Assembly: GCA_030264375.1 (NCBI GenBank)
Contig: JASCQW010000099.1
Span: 57,108,219-57,172,218 of the forward strand
DNA: 64,000 nt
Direction of reading: 5' to 3'
DNA from: Carcharhinus longimanus
Lineage: Eukaryota
Every line of letters begins with the position of its first letter. Position 1 is the stretch's first letter. The notes beneath the pieces are model-generated. The model worked only from the letters and a program-made list of their open reading frames with translations. It searched no databases and had not been told where the DNA came from. A program made the position numbers and the translations under genes. Shown here in pieces: positions 1-12,489 of the stretch.

Positions 1-53
1 ATTCCTTGTGGGTGTGAAGGAAATAAATAAAAGGTTAACTTAGTCTATAAGTG

Positions 54-225
54 ATGTGGAGATGCCAGCATTGGACTGGGGTGGGCACAGTAAGAAGTTT
101 CACAATATCAGGTTAAAGTCCAATAGGTTCATTGGGAATAATGAGCTTTCAGAGTACAGTTCCTTCATCAGGTGATTCCAAATAAACCTAATGGACTTTA
201 ACCTGGTGTTGTGAGACTTTGTACT
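54..225 (-). mobile_element. Penelope-like element terminal-repeat fragment with inverted arms
   Basis: Closely similar to the end of the GIY-YIG element at 49176-49302 (tggagatgc...ttggactgggg...aaagtccaa). Arms 89-139 and 175-225 are imperfect inverted repeats. Confidence 0.7.
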
Positions 226-713
226 AGTCTATAAGTAACCAGCTTTCCTAAATAACACAATTACTAGTTTGGAAATTATACATTAGAAACCAAGTCAGCC
301 TGAAGTAGACAGCACACGAGAAATTAAATCAATTTCTGAAGGACAAAGGTTTGAATATGCAATAAGGAGGTAGATGGGTGAAGTTCATCAAAAGGGAGGT
401 AAGTGAGATTTTATGTTGCAAAGAAAAACTTGCCATTCATATCAGTAGCTTAGTTACAATATACACATCAGGTCCCAACTCCTTACTTAGGACAGTGAAA
501 CTGAAAGTTAAAAGTGACTGTTGATTTGGCCAATTAGAAAAATTACACAAAAAAAACTTTGCTAAAAATGCAGCACTCTTGATCTCAAGAAGTTTTCCCA
601 ATCAGTTGCCATGTTTCCTCGATCACAACAGCACAGTGGCAAAAAAAGCTGAAAAGATCTTTAGGACACAGAGGGTGTGAAAGGCACTATTTCTTTTCTT
701 TCTTTCTGTATCA

Positions 714-950
714 CAGAACCATCATACAATCCCGATAGTGCAGGAGGAGGTCATTCGAGCCATCAATTTGCACCAACTCTCCAATAGGCCCTCTCCCCTG
801 CCCTATCCCCATAATCCCACACATTTACCATGGCTAATGCACCTAACCTGCACAACTTTGGTGGAAACGAGAGCACCCGGAGGAAACCTACGCAGACAGT
901 CATTCAAGGCCAGAACTGAACTGTGAAGCAGCAGTGCTAATCACTATACA
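714..950 (-). mobile_element. tRNA-derived V-SINE (HE1-like), decayed
   Basis: gagcacccggaggaaacc core and gcagcagtgcta head shared with many copies in the window. Confidence 0.8.
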
Positions 951-1106
951 TGATCAACATAAATTGCTGTTCAAAACAAATAATCATGACTTTCAATATT
1001 CTTATTGCAAAACAAGTGACAATTATTTTGATAAGTCAGCACAGATGGCTGTAAAATCTTGTGCTCCATCGAGAACATTATAGTAGCAGGGAGGAAAGCT
1101 ACATAC

Positions 1107-1182
1107 CAGCATAGTGATAATCTGCCAGTGGATGAGATTTGGCTTTAATAGGCATCTTCATCAGTAAAATCTCCACAGCCAC
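1107..1182 (-). CDS. TRERF1: TRERF1 coding exon 9, ELM2 end and linker to SANT
   Basis: VAVEILLMKMPIKAKSHPLADYHYA-G. Acceptor tcttcccttttatgctag|GTG, donor G|GTATGT; 76 nt. Gene continues beyond the window start. Confidence 0.92.
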
Positions 1183-2694
1183 CTAGCATAAAAGGGAAGA
1201 GAAGTACTTTAAAACTGCAGGACATTTATTCAATGTCTTGGTAGCATCTTTAGGGACACAATAATAAGTGAAACAGATCAGGGGAGCACAACATGCTTTA
1301 TAGGATCATCCTATTCGAGGGGGCCACTCCATGTTATTCCTGATGCTACATTTTGGCATGATGAAAAGTTATTTACATTCTCTTGTGCTAAACTCAAATG
1401 CCAGAGTTGATTTCCCTGTGATGAACTACGAAGTATCCAAAACTTCCACCAAAAAAATTGGGATAGCTAACTTCAGTCATCAGACATGTCGTAAGATGTC
1501 ACATTATCAGTTTTTCACAAACTGCCTCTTTTGCGAGCAACACACCACATAACAAACGGAAAAGTTTAAATCAAATATTTGAATCAATTCAATCGGCTAT
1601 TACACATGTGAAAGAGTTAAACCAATTATTCAACCAATGAGGCTCTAATGTTGTTCTTAAATTCTTCGCTGTGGGGTGTCAGTAGAAATGCCTTGTTAAA
1701 AAACATTTGGTGTCAGCTCTTTGCTGTCCAACACAGAACTTCTAGCATAAGACTACTTTAAATTTAGCAGCTAAACTGACAGTGATAACTAAATAAAACA
1801 GATGCCAAACAAACTCTGAACAACAAGTATACATTTTGCTGTGCAAAGCAACACAAGTCTGACTGATTTATTTGGTATAAAAGTCGCCTTCTCCTTTTAG
1901 ATGTCTAAAAAAATAGGAGTAGGCCATTTGGGCCTTCGAGACTGCTCTGTCATTTATTTTGGTCATGGGCGATCATCAAATTCAATATCCTGAGAGCATC
2001 TTCCCCCGTTGACATTTTCCTTTCCTGTTCCCAAACTTTGACCATTATTTGCTATCAACACACAATGACAGAGACTTGACTGATGATTCCTACGATCCTC
2101 ACAATGTCCTCTAAGCTCTATGCTGTCAGCCATACAAATGAAACAAATAATTACACAATAAAACGTTAACTGGTTGTTTTTACCCCCCCCCCCCCCAATG
2201 CTAATCAACTTGTGGATTTCTAGTGCCTCTAATTTGTACTTCACATTTCCACAATTGTGTTTTTCTTCTTTCATTAATGCATGCAATGCATTCATGCAAA
2301 CAATGAATAAAGATGCTTTTCTGGAGGGTTGCTCCTCAGGCTAGTGAATTACTTCTATAGTTATTAAAATATAAATGTTCTTTATATTGTAAAATCTATT
2401 AAAACAGAGTTGGCCAAGTGGTTTAATTGTCAGGCATTCCTCAATTGTACTTTTAGTAACAGTCCTGAAGAAGTTAAATAAAAAAGATTTTGCTGTTGTA
2501 AAATGAAATGGAAGCATTTGGTTTTAATTACAAGTAGCTGTAAAATGTATTAAAATCTGGATTCTTGACAATCTGTTTTCCCTGTGACGTCTAGTATCAG
2601 TGCACTTTATTAAATGTTAAATACATGTTGTGCAAGAATCATGTTATCTCAGTTAGAAACCAGCAATCAGAACATGGTTTAATATCATGCTTAC

Positions 2695-2798
2695 CAAAAT
2701 ATTACCATCTGCCTCAAAAAGACAATGTAGGGCAAGTTCTCGATTTGTCCCCCCGCCTGGTAGCACGCTAGAACAGGCCATGTTCAGCAGATCTTCCA
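2695..2798 (-). CDS. TRERF1: TRERF1 coding exon 8, ELM2 domain
   Basis: [35 protein letters not shown]. Acceptor cttttttatag|TG, donor TTG|GTAAGC; 104 nt. Confidence 0.93.
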
Positions 2799-2994
2799 CT
2801 ATAAAAAAAGTATAAAATCAATTTAATACAATTTTAAAATTTTTCACTGATATTATTAATTTCATGCACAAAATCAAGTAATGGAAGTTTCTATGCTCTG
2901 ATTAAAAATAACAATAGTCCACAATAGTCACCAACCAATGACAGAACAGATAGCTGATCATTTATCACATTTGTGTTTGTTGGATTCTATTTTC

Positions 2995-3212
2995 AGATTT
3001 ACATTAGCACTGAAGAAGAATTTAGCATGGCCAATGCACTTAACCAGCATTTCGCTGATACTTTGTAGGAACCTGGAGCACCGGAAGGAAACTCATGCCA
3101 ACATGGGGAGAATGTACAGACTCTGAACAGATAGTGAGCCAAGTCAGGAATCGAACCCAGGTCCCTGGTGCTCCGAGGCAGCAGTGCTAATCACTGCGCC
3201 ACCACGCCGTCC
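2995..3212 (-). mobile_element. V-SINE (HE1-like)
   Basis: tRNA-like head on minus strand (gtggcgcagtgattagcactgctgcc...gggttcgattcc) plus V-domain-like core. Confidence 0.85.
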
Positions 3213-5562
3213 ATAATTTGCTGTGCATAAACAGCTGTTTTCATGTATAACAGCTCCAAAAAGTACCCCAAAAACCATGAAGCACTTTCAAATATTTTGA
3301 AGATGTAAAAGGTAACATGTAAAGGCAAGTTTTCTTTTTCTGCAAGTATATGAGAATACAATATATCTTTGATGTTTTTATTTTAACAAATGGAATTGTG
3401 GCAAAACTGCATTTAAAAAATCCCCTTGGATTTAATTGATGAACCACCTGATAAGTATTTATATATCTTGCAGCCAATATTGTACTTCCAAATTTTTAAT
3501 GATTTTCTACATCTGTCCAAAGTAAAGTTTATTTATTAGTCACAAGAAGGCTGACACTAAAACTGCAATGAAGGTACTGTGAAAAATTGCTTAGAATTTT
3601 GGGCAGATAGACATTTCCAGAAAATCATTTAAGTTTATTTAATAATGTATTTTCAATCTTCCTGTATAGGCTGAATACATTCTTATTATTTAATACTCGT
3701 CTACGTTATGTGCTCTTGTCGGTTATGTGTGTATAACTATGTCTCCCTTTGTTATAGTCGTACAATTTCTATTTCTTTGAGATTGCACGCGTAATTCTGC
3801 TCCTCCTAAACCCAGCTCCTATGTGCCTTGGCTTGTTTTGTTATCCATCTTAATGGGGGTAGTATAGAATTTTTAATATGAGGCCCTTCATTTTAATTTT
3901 ACCATAGTAAGTAAACTAGGTTAAGGTAATTGTAAAGTGCCTTAATATAGTGAGAATTCACAATGTGCCTGGAACAAAATATGCAAAGGTAATATAAACT
4001 GCAAAGGTATGATAAACTGTACAACCACAAATTAACCAAGTATTATAAGCTTAAACTGTAATTTCAATATATATGTATTGTGCGCCTTGGCCAACTTTGT
4101 TCTGAATGCAGCATGATGGGAAACACAGTGGTAGACAGGCTGGATTCTTTTAATACAATGAAGCATACAAAGGCAACTTCTCTCATCTGTTTTTGGATAC
4201 ATGAAAACAAGTTTAATCATAGACCTGCTATTTAAGGGAGTAAATTCATTAATGGGTAGCAAGACTGGGGCAGTCTCTCAAGCTGATAAAGGAGGCCCAG
4301 TGAAAAAGTGACTCCTTTCACCAATTAAAAATCAGAGATCTTAATAATGGCCTTGTTTACTGCATTAGATTTCCTAGGTAAAGGGGGAGGAATCTACATT
4401 GGCAATAAGCTCCTATTCCTGTTGACAGGTGGAAAGTTATTGGCTAAGGTAATAATGTTGAATATTGTGATCAGGCCCTCTAGTTTTGATTGATAAGACT
4501 GGGTAGGATATTGAAATATTCAGAAGATAATAATTTTGTCTGACAATGATAGCTCAGAGAGGACAGTCAACTGTCACTGACTGTGTGTCTCTCTCTCCTC
4601 ATACATGTATTAGCAAATAAATTCCTTTTCGTTCTTTAACTATATACTGTTATATACAGTCTACGTATTGGCTGAGTGAGGTTCAACAAGTACAGAGCAT
4701 CCCAGGAGATACCTGAGAAAATTCCTCTTACACACCTCATTTTAACTCACATCACCAACATCACCCCTAGTTCCCCCGAAATAACTGGTGCTCCAACGTG
4801 CCTTGCCATTTGTGATATTGTTTGTTATAAATGGCAGTTCTTATAAACAGTATTACTCTGGGTTCAGTCATTACATTTCTTTGGATCATAAATTTTCAGT
4901 TGGGACCAGTGTTTCCACTAGCCCTTCCCTTTCATATTAATACATGCACGTGTTGCTGTTATGGGCACATCATAGGGTCCTGTCCATTTCAGGATGAATT
5001 CTGTTTGTTCAGAGCTGAAACTAAAATCATCTCTTGTCTGCAATACAGCTTGATTGACCTTACTATTCTATGATTATGTTAAAAAAAATCTTGTATAACA
5101 TACCAGCACTGTATACTCTACCTAACACAAAATGCAATTTCAGGGTGAAGTTCTTGAAGGGTCAGAAGGCCACATTCTGATCGCAGCTGCATTGTCAGTG
5201 ATAGATACCAAGCAGAGGCCACACTGTATTTGACAGGGAGGAAAAGGGGCGAACGTAACAAAAAAAGGAACCTCACTTGGCCCCAAGGATAGCCTCAAGA
5301 TGGTACTTGAACTTAGAAAGATAGTCTACCCACTCCTTTTAAACGTGAAAGCATCAAGATACAGGATAAGAAATAAAAGGTGAAAGAATGTCAAATCTTC
5401 CTCCTCTGCTCCAACCAATCACCCTCTCATTTCTCAGAGGCGGCAACTCCTGATGAGGTAGGGCAGCCCAAACACAAGTGACCAGCAGCATATTACTGAA
5501 GTGGCTGTTATTATCTTCAAGCATGGGAACCAAGTGTTTACTCGTTACCATCTGAAATCCAC

Positions 5563-5900
5563 ATAGTCATAGAATACCTACAGTGCAGTAGGATGATATT
5601 TAGCCTATTGTGTCTATACTGACTCTCTGACAGGTCATCTTACCCAGGCCCTATCCTTGTAATCCCATGTATTTACCACACTAATTCCCCTTAACCTACA
5701 TATCTTGCCCTAAGGGGCAATTTAGCATGGCCTATCCATCTACCTTGCATATCTTTGGAGTGTGGAAGAATCAAAGCACATGGAAGAAACCCGTGCAGAC
5801 AGTGGGAGAACATATACACTCCACACAGACACTCATTTGAGGCCAAAATTGACCCCAGGTCTCTGGCACCGTGAGTTAGTAGTGCTAACCACTGTGCACT
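5563..5900 (-). mobile_element. V-SINE (HE1-like) with CR1-type tail
   Basis: Same head and core as other copies; tail reads catagaatacctacagtgcag on the + strand. Confidence 0.8.
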
Positions 5901-6084
5901 TAAGAGTATTGGATCAGGAAAACAACTATACTTTTCTACTCCCTAAACTATAGATGTCAAAATACAGTTATGCCTAATGACACACCCAGCTCAACAGGGA
6001 CCTCCCTGCTTTGTCCAGCTCAGCAATGTATCATACAATTCATATATTAATCAAGATATTTAGATCCATTTCAGTATATTATTT

Positions 6085-6152
6085 AGAAAGAGATTTTAAA
6101 AATGCATCTGGGTGGAAGAAAGAGATTTTAAAAATGCATCTGGGTGGAAGAA
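6085..6152. repeat. Perfect 32-bp tandem duplication
   Basis: agaaagagattttaaaaatgcatctgggtgga repeated twice, plus agaa. Confidence 0.95.
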
Positions 6153-6647
6153 TGAGAACAACGTTGTAAAAATATGTCTATTTGATCAGAAATCCAGGAC
6201 TTTTTAATTTCCCCACAATGCAGCAGATACGTTGATATTATGTGGATTTGGAAATTGGTAGCAAGTTGGATGATGTCAGTACTGATATGTCAACGAGTGA
6301 CTCCAGAAGGTTGGTGCCTTGTGTCTCCTGGTGTTGACCAAGGGACTGTCACTGGCTGAATAAAGTCCAGTACCCAGCTGTAACTGAACTTGAAAATAAA
6401 ATCATTGATGCCGTCCTAAACTACAACAGCAAGCAATCACTGCCAACCAAGTTGCTTTCGGGTGTTTGCAAGACTGTGGAAAGAATATTAAAACAAAAAG
6501 TTATACCAGGTAGGAGATTTAAACAGGTATTAAACATAGAACTGTAGTTTACAGGGAAAATTACTCCACTTGATTCAAGTATTCTCAATGAAACTATTCG
6601 GTGTAACATGCTGAGGTGCAAAGCAGCGTTTACTGTAGTCACCATAC

Positions 6648-6787
6648 CTTTTTGTTGTACCTCTGGATCATCCAGTTCACACCAAGGCTTCCACACCAAG
6701 TCAGCTTTGGAGACATCTTTTACAACCAATGCCCGATCTTGCAATGCTGGAATCGCTGCTTGAAACCGCACTCCCATATTGATTCGC
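6648..6787 (-). CDS. TRERF1: TRERF1 coding exon 7, ELM2 domain start
   Basis: RINMGVRFQAAIPALQD...ADLVWKPW is the ELM2 signature. Acceptor ttcgttttgctag|G, donor G|GTATGG; 140 nt. Confidence 0.95.
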
Positions 6788-7469
6788 CTAGCAAAACGAA
6801 TAAATACTTCAGTATTTATCAGCACAGATTAAATGGCTACAGGTAGATACAAATTCCATTGGCTCAGTCCATGTTTCACAACCCCTCTAAAAACAGAAAA
6901 TGAAATAACAATACTTGATATGCCATATCAGGCCACCTCAAATGGAATGGTGTAAGAGTTAAACAAAATATTGACATTTAACTTAAAAGACACAATTACA
7001 TTTCCTACTGGAATTTATCTTTTGCACAGCATAAGTTGCAATCAGCAGTAAAATTAATTTTCTAAATGAGTTTGAAATTTCCAAGATCAGTTTGAAACCT
7101 TGCTACTTCTCAATTGGGGATGTTTATAAACACAAACTAATTTATGCATATTTAACCAAAGCCAGAATATCACCAGCAATATTTTTTCCTCTTTGCACCA
7201 TTACTTTTGGTACCCCCAAAGATGAATTCTGGGTCTTTTCCTATTTCTAATCATCTGGAAAGCAAGTGTCAGTTTCCACCATGTACACTGAACAGACTTA
7301 GCTTTGCATCACCACCAAATCTCTTGGCTCTTCCAAATTCAGCTAAGTACCACCCTGCTTGCCCAACATCCAGTAAGCAGAAATTTCCCCCCAACCAAAC
7401 ATTGGGAACAGCATCCTTCCTTCCACCTGGCAACAATCTTGGGGCTGACTGAGACAATTTGCAAACTTG

Positions 7470-8200
7470 GGTGTTGGATTTAACCCCAAGACATTCTTTC
7501 AACCACATATCCATGTCATCATGATAACTGCCTATTTCCACCTCTATAACATCACCTGACTCCACCTCTGCTTCAGCTCATCAGCTTTTAAAATCCCCAT
7601 CCCTTTGTTACCTCTGATTTTGTTTAATTTTACTAAACCATACATTTCCAAGCTAAGCTGCACAGCTTCAACTTTAATGACCCAAGGCAGCAAAGCAATG
7701 TTTTGCCAAGATTCAGGCACTATACCATTTCTTGGTTAATTTTTCTGTCTGAACTATCAGCCTCTTAAGAAAATTTGATCTTTCAAAACACAAATGTAGC
7801 ATGTCCGAATCCAAGTTCTGTTCACCCGTCACCCTTGTCTCTCCTGACCTACGTTGGTTCCTGGTTCAGCAGTGCCTTGATTATAAAATCCCCCTCACTG
7901 CTCCATATGTCTATCACCACCTTCTCTGCACAACCCTCAAAATATGTGAGCTCACCTACATTTGGAGACTAGCATCCTATGTTTTAATTATACACCATTG
8001 GCGGTCATCCCTCAGCTGCCTCTGCTCAAAGCTCCACAATTCCTTCCCTAAACCTCCCCACCTCTATTTCCTCCTTCAAGATGTTCTTCAAATCTACTTC
8101 TTTGATCAAGCTTTTGGCCAAACTGCATTAATGTCACCTCTCATGAGTCAGTGATAAATTTTGCTTTCTTAATGCTGCTACAAACGGCCTTGGGACATTT
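7470..8200 (+). mobile_element. L2-type LINE 3' fragment, decayed
   Basis: Translation SPVTLVSPDLRWFLVQQCLDYKI resembles the L2 ORF2 C-terminus (ITP.L..LHWLPV..RI.FKI); L2-like tail near 8180. Confidence 0.7.
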
Positions 8201-9699
8201 AATTAAGAGTTGTTACTGTTGAATCCAAACAATATCTGATTATAGTTTGGCAGAAATATATCCTACCTGTATTCAAAGTTAAATTCTGACAGTGAGCAAC
8301 TAACAAATTCTGTTTAAGACCTATTTCACGGGAACAAATAGGATGAAGGCAAATATTCAGATTTTTAAAATTGAAACTCAATGCTAGCATTGAATTATTT
8401 TCAGCTGTTTCATGGTGTTACACGGCTGCAATATCAAAAAGAGTTAGAAGAATCCCAAATGCAACATAAGTTTGTACATACATANNNNNNNNNNGGCTGT
8501 TTCATGCCAGACACAATTATATTCAATAAGAATATTCAATTAGTTTTTTTGAAATGCCAAGGCTGCTGGATTGCCTCAATATTGACATTCAGTTTATTTA
8601 CCAAATTGACACGAGAGAAATAACTCGGGTGCTCTTTTCTGCTGCTCATTTCCATAAATTCTTCCAACTTCTGTCACAAGAAGTGACAAATCTGTTTCCA
8701 GCAATATTTCAGTCTCGTGCTGTGAGCTCTAAATGCTCTCCGAAGTATAGAAGCGCATTCAATTTAGTTCCACTGCTGCATTTTTCATCTTTAAAATTTA
8801 ATTCCAATACAATCATGGACAACATTATCGGCTAGAGTTTGCTCAATTTTACTGAACAGTTCACATTTCCGAGTGAGTCTACGCTATATCGACTTGAACA
8901 ATACAAAGTGACAAGGCAATTTTTTTCTCAAGATTCGGATGCTATATAATTTCTTGGTTGAGGTAATTTTTCAGATATAAACATATCTAAACAATTTCGA
9001 GAAATCAGAGAATGACAACACAAAAACTATATTATTAGTCCTCAGCTCTGCCCCTTTCCCATTCTCTTGTAAATATTTCCCTTTCAAATACTTGCCCAAT
9101 TCTCCTTGAAAAAATTACTCAAGTTGGGACTTAACCAGTAATTCAAAAGTATAGCATAAAATCCAAACGTTTATACCTGATACCTATTTTGAAAATTAAA
9201 TCTTTTTTCATGTTTCTTAATGGGACGTGGGTGTCGTTGGCTAAGCCAGCATTTATCGCACATCACTAATTGCCCTCAAGAAGATGGTGATGAGCCACCT
9301 TTCTTGAACTACTGCAGTCCATCTGATGTAGTTACATCCACAGCTCTGCTAGGAAGGAAGCTGCAGGATTTTGACCAAGTGACAGCCAAGGAATGGTGAT
9401 AAAGTTCCAAGTTAGGATGGTCTGTGGCTTGGAGAGGAATCCATGTGGATGAGGTTGCACATCTGGAAGGTGCAGTCAAAGGCGCCTCGAGGAATTGCTG
9501 TAGTGCATCTTGTAGCTGGTACACATTGCTGCCAATATGCATTGGTGGAAGAATGTTTATAGTGGTTGATGGGGTATCAATTAAGTGGTTGCTTTATCCC
9601 GGATGCCATCTACTTCTTGGAGTGTTGCCGAAGCTGCACTCATCCATCGTACTTCTGACTTGTACCTTGTAGATGACAGCAAGATTTTGGGGAATCAGG

Positions 9700-10028
9700 A
9701 GGTAGTAGTGTCATGATATTATCATTGGACTAGCAATCCAGAGACCAGGGAATGCTCTGCGGACCCAGGTTCAAATCTGACCATGGCAGATAGTGAAACC
9801 TGAATTCAATAAAAATCTGGAATTCAGAGTCTAATTATGACCATGAAACCATTGTTGATGGTCATAAAGAAACTGAACTGGTTCACTAATGTCCCTTAGG
9901 AAGAAAATCTGCCATCCTTACCTGATCTGGCCCACGTGACTCCAGACATTACCTTCAAGAACAATGAAGATCAGGCAATAAATGTTGGCCTAGCCAGCAA
10001 GGCCCACATCCCAAGAACGAATTAAAAA
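9700..10028 (+). mobile_element. tRNA-derived SINE (family 2) nested in the LINE
   Basis: Head tggactagcaatccagagac...ggttcaaatc; tail aataaatgttggcctagccagcaaggcccacatccc matches the family-B LINE tail. Confidence 0.75.
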
Positions 10029-10869
10029 GACATTACTGGGCAATTTCTCACATTGTCAGGAGCACAGCAGTATTGTAGTTGCATTGGAACAGGTTGGGCA
10101 AGATGTGGCTAGTGCTGCAGCACGAATCTTCAATACTATTGCCAGAACTCCTTGGCCATTTCTAGATATCAAGTGAAGTGAATGGAATTAGCTGAAGATG
10201 GAAGTGGAGGTTGAGGTTGAGATGGATCACCCACTCGACACATCTGACTGAAGATGGTTAGAAATGCTTCAGCTTCATCTTTAGCATTGATAAGCTGGGC
10301 TCCCCAATATGGAGGATGGGGATGCTTGTGGAAACTCCTGCTCCAGTTAGCATTTTTTTACTTGTTCACCACCATTCATGACTAGGTGTGGCAGGACTGC
10401 AGAGCTTTTATCTGATTCACTCATTATGTGATCACTTAGCTGTGTCTTTCGTTTGCTGCTTCTGCTGTGTGGCATGCAAGTAGTCATATTTTGTAGCTTC
10501 ACCAGCTGGTTCAGTATGCCTGGTGTTGCTCCTTACATACCCACCTGCACTCTCCATTAAACCAGGATTGATGCTCCAGTAATGGTAGAGTGGGGGAAAT
10601 GCCAGGCCATGAAGTGGTCAATTATGGTTCAATATAATTCTACTGCTAATGGGCCACAGTGCCTCATGGGCGCTCAGTCTTCAGTTGCTAAATCTGATCG
10701 AAACCTATCCTATTTGGCATGGCCGTAGTGCCATACAACACAAAGGAGGCTATCCTCAACATGAACATGAGACTTTATCTCCACAAGGGTTGTGTAGTGG
10801 TCAATCTTATTAATACAATCATGGTCAGATGCAGCTACAATAGGTAGGTTGGTGAGAATGAGGTCCAAG

Positions 10870-11010
10870 TCATAGATCATAGAACCCTACAGTGCAGAAG
10901 GAGGCCATTTGGCCCACTGATCTTACACCAACAATCCCACCCCGTAACACCAATATTTACCATGCTAATCCCTCTGATACTAAGGGGCAATTGAGCATGG
11001 CCAATCAGCT
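10870..11010 (-). mobile_element. V-SINE 3' fragment nested in LINE
   Basis: catagatcatagaaccctacagtgcagaaggaggccatt...taaggggcaattgagcatggccaatc. Confidence 0.8.
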
Positions 11011-11749
11011 TTGCAGGTTGACCAAACTAAGTCAACTTTTCTTTTTGTTGGTTCACTCAGCACCACCACCTTCCACAGACTTGGCTGGATCAGTAAGTAG
11101 TGGTGCTATTAACTCCTCCTGTTGATGGACTATGAACAGAGTACCAAGGGTACATTTTGTACCCTTGCTTCTGCCAGCTGGTGTTCAACATGGTGGAGTA
11201 TAGATTCATCAGCTAGGGGAGGTGGGATGGGGTGGGGTGGGGGGTGGGGGGTGGGGGGCAGGTGAAGAGACGAATATAGCTGGTCATCAGCAGTATGTTA
11301 ACTTGCCCATCTTTGACTTAAGGCCTTGAGACTCCATGGAGGTCAATGTTCACATATCCCTGGGCAACTCCTTCCTGATTGTATACCACTGTGCACCATC
11401 TCTGCTGGGCCTGTCCTGTGGGTGGTACAGGACATATCCAGAGATGGTGGTGGTGGTGGTGTGTGGGACAGTAGGCAGGATTTTACGGCCTCACCTGAGG
11501 TCAACGGAAACTTCCATTGTTGGACCCTTGCCTGCTCCCATTCTGGGGCGGGCGAGGCGATAGAGTCGCTGCCATTGTTTGCACACATGATTCTGAGAGT
11601 GCAATGTCAGGCTATTGTCTGATTAATCTGTAAAACAACCCCCACATGTTAATAGGGAGGACTTTACAAAGTTGACAGACTGGATGAGTCATTGACTCTA
11701 GTATCAGAAATGACAATGTTGCATAGTCCATCAATGATTTTTTAAAAAT

Positions 11750-12050
11750 ACTTTGCAACAGTTTGATGCAAATGAGTGGTTTGCGAGGCCACTCCAGAGG
11801 TATTTAAAAGTCAACCACACTGCTGGAGTCACATGTAGATCTGACCATGCAAGGATGGCAGATCTCCTTCCCTAACGAACCAGATAGGTTTTTACAACAA
11901 TGGTTTCACGGTCACTATTACCAAGATTAGTTTTCAATTCCAGATTTAATCATGAAATTTTAATTGCACCAGCTGCCATGGTGGGATCTGCACCATTAGT
12001 CTAGGCATCTGGATTACTAATCCAGTTTCATGACCACATGACCACCTTAT
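11750..12050 (-). mobile_element. SINE family 2 copy
   Basis: Reverse-complement similarity to 9700-9950 (ctggagtcacatgtag, tctggattactaatccagt). Confidence 0.7.
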
Positions 12051-12236
12051 GGGATACATATGTGTTTTCAAATACTTTTTGATAGTCAATCAAGTAGTTC
12101 ACAGTATTATAGTTGAAGAATGAACATAGCCAGTGCAGAACTTCAATAGAATTTGCAGCTTTCTTGGGGATTGGAACAGAAGTGAACAAACCAGTTTCTG
12201 CACTGTGTTAAGTGATAGTTAAAAGAATTTACTTAC

Positions 12237-12297
12237 GGTTCAATATCAACTGTCTGTTCCCCAGGTCCAGGAGTTATTGTCACTGCATCAATGCTAT
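12237..12297 (-). CDS. TRERF1: TRERF1 coding exon 6 (NSIDAVTITPGPGEQTVDIEP)
   Basis: Acceptor gccctgttttcag|AT, donor CC|GTAAGT; 61 nt, phase 1 to 2. TPGPGEQTVD matches recalled TRERF1. Confidence 0.92.
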
Positions 12298-12489
12298 CTG
12301 AAAACAGGGCAAAGCAGTAATAAAGAGGATATTCTTCAGTCATCTTTCAATAAAAAAATCCACAGCCTTTTCATAAAATTAACTGAAGAGTCAGTAGTCA
12401 GTTTTCTCTTAAATACCTACAGGAAAGACCTGCTAATCCCGTTTAATGTACCTCCAATCTAATCAACCCAGGGAACAGTTGCATTTTCC

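Larger units (their letters stand above)
9215..11740 (-). mobile_element. CR1/L2-group LINE (family B), decayed, with nested insertions
   Basis: 3' tail gggacgtgggtgtcgttggctaagccagcatttat shared with copies at 15380, 23700 and 29480. Endonuclease-like remnants such as DESILHHVEHQL near 11170-11210. Confidence 0.75.

Noticed and set aside
1-1100. SANT-domain exon of TRERF1
   Set aside because: No GSDKWT-like coding sequence found; it must lie outside the window.
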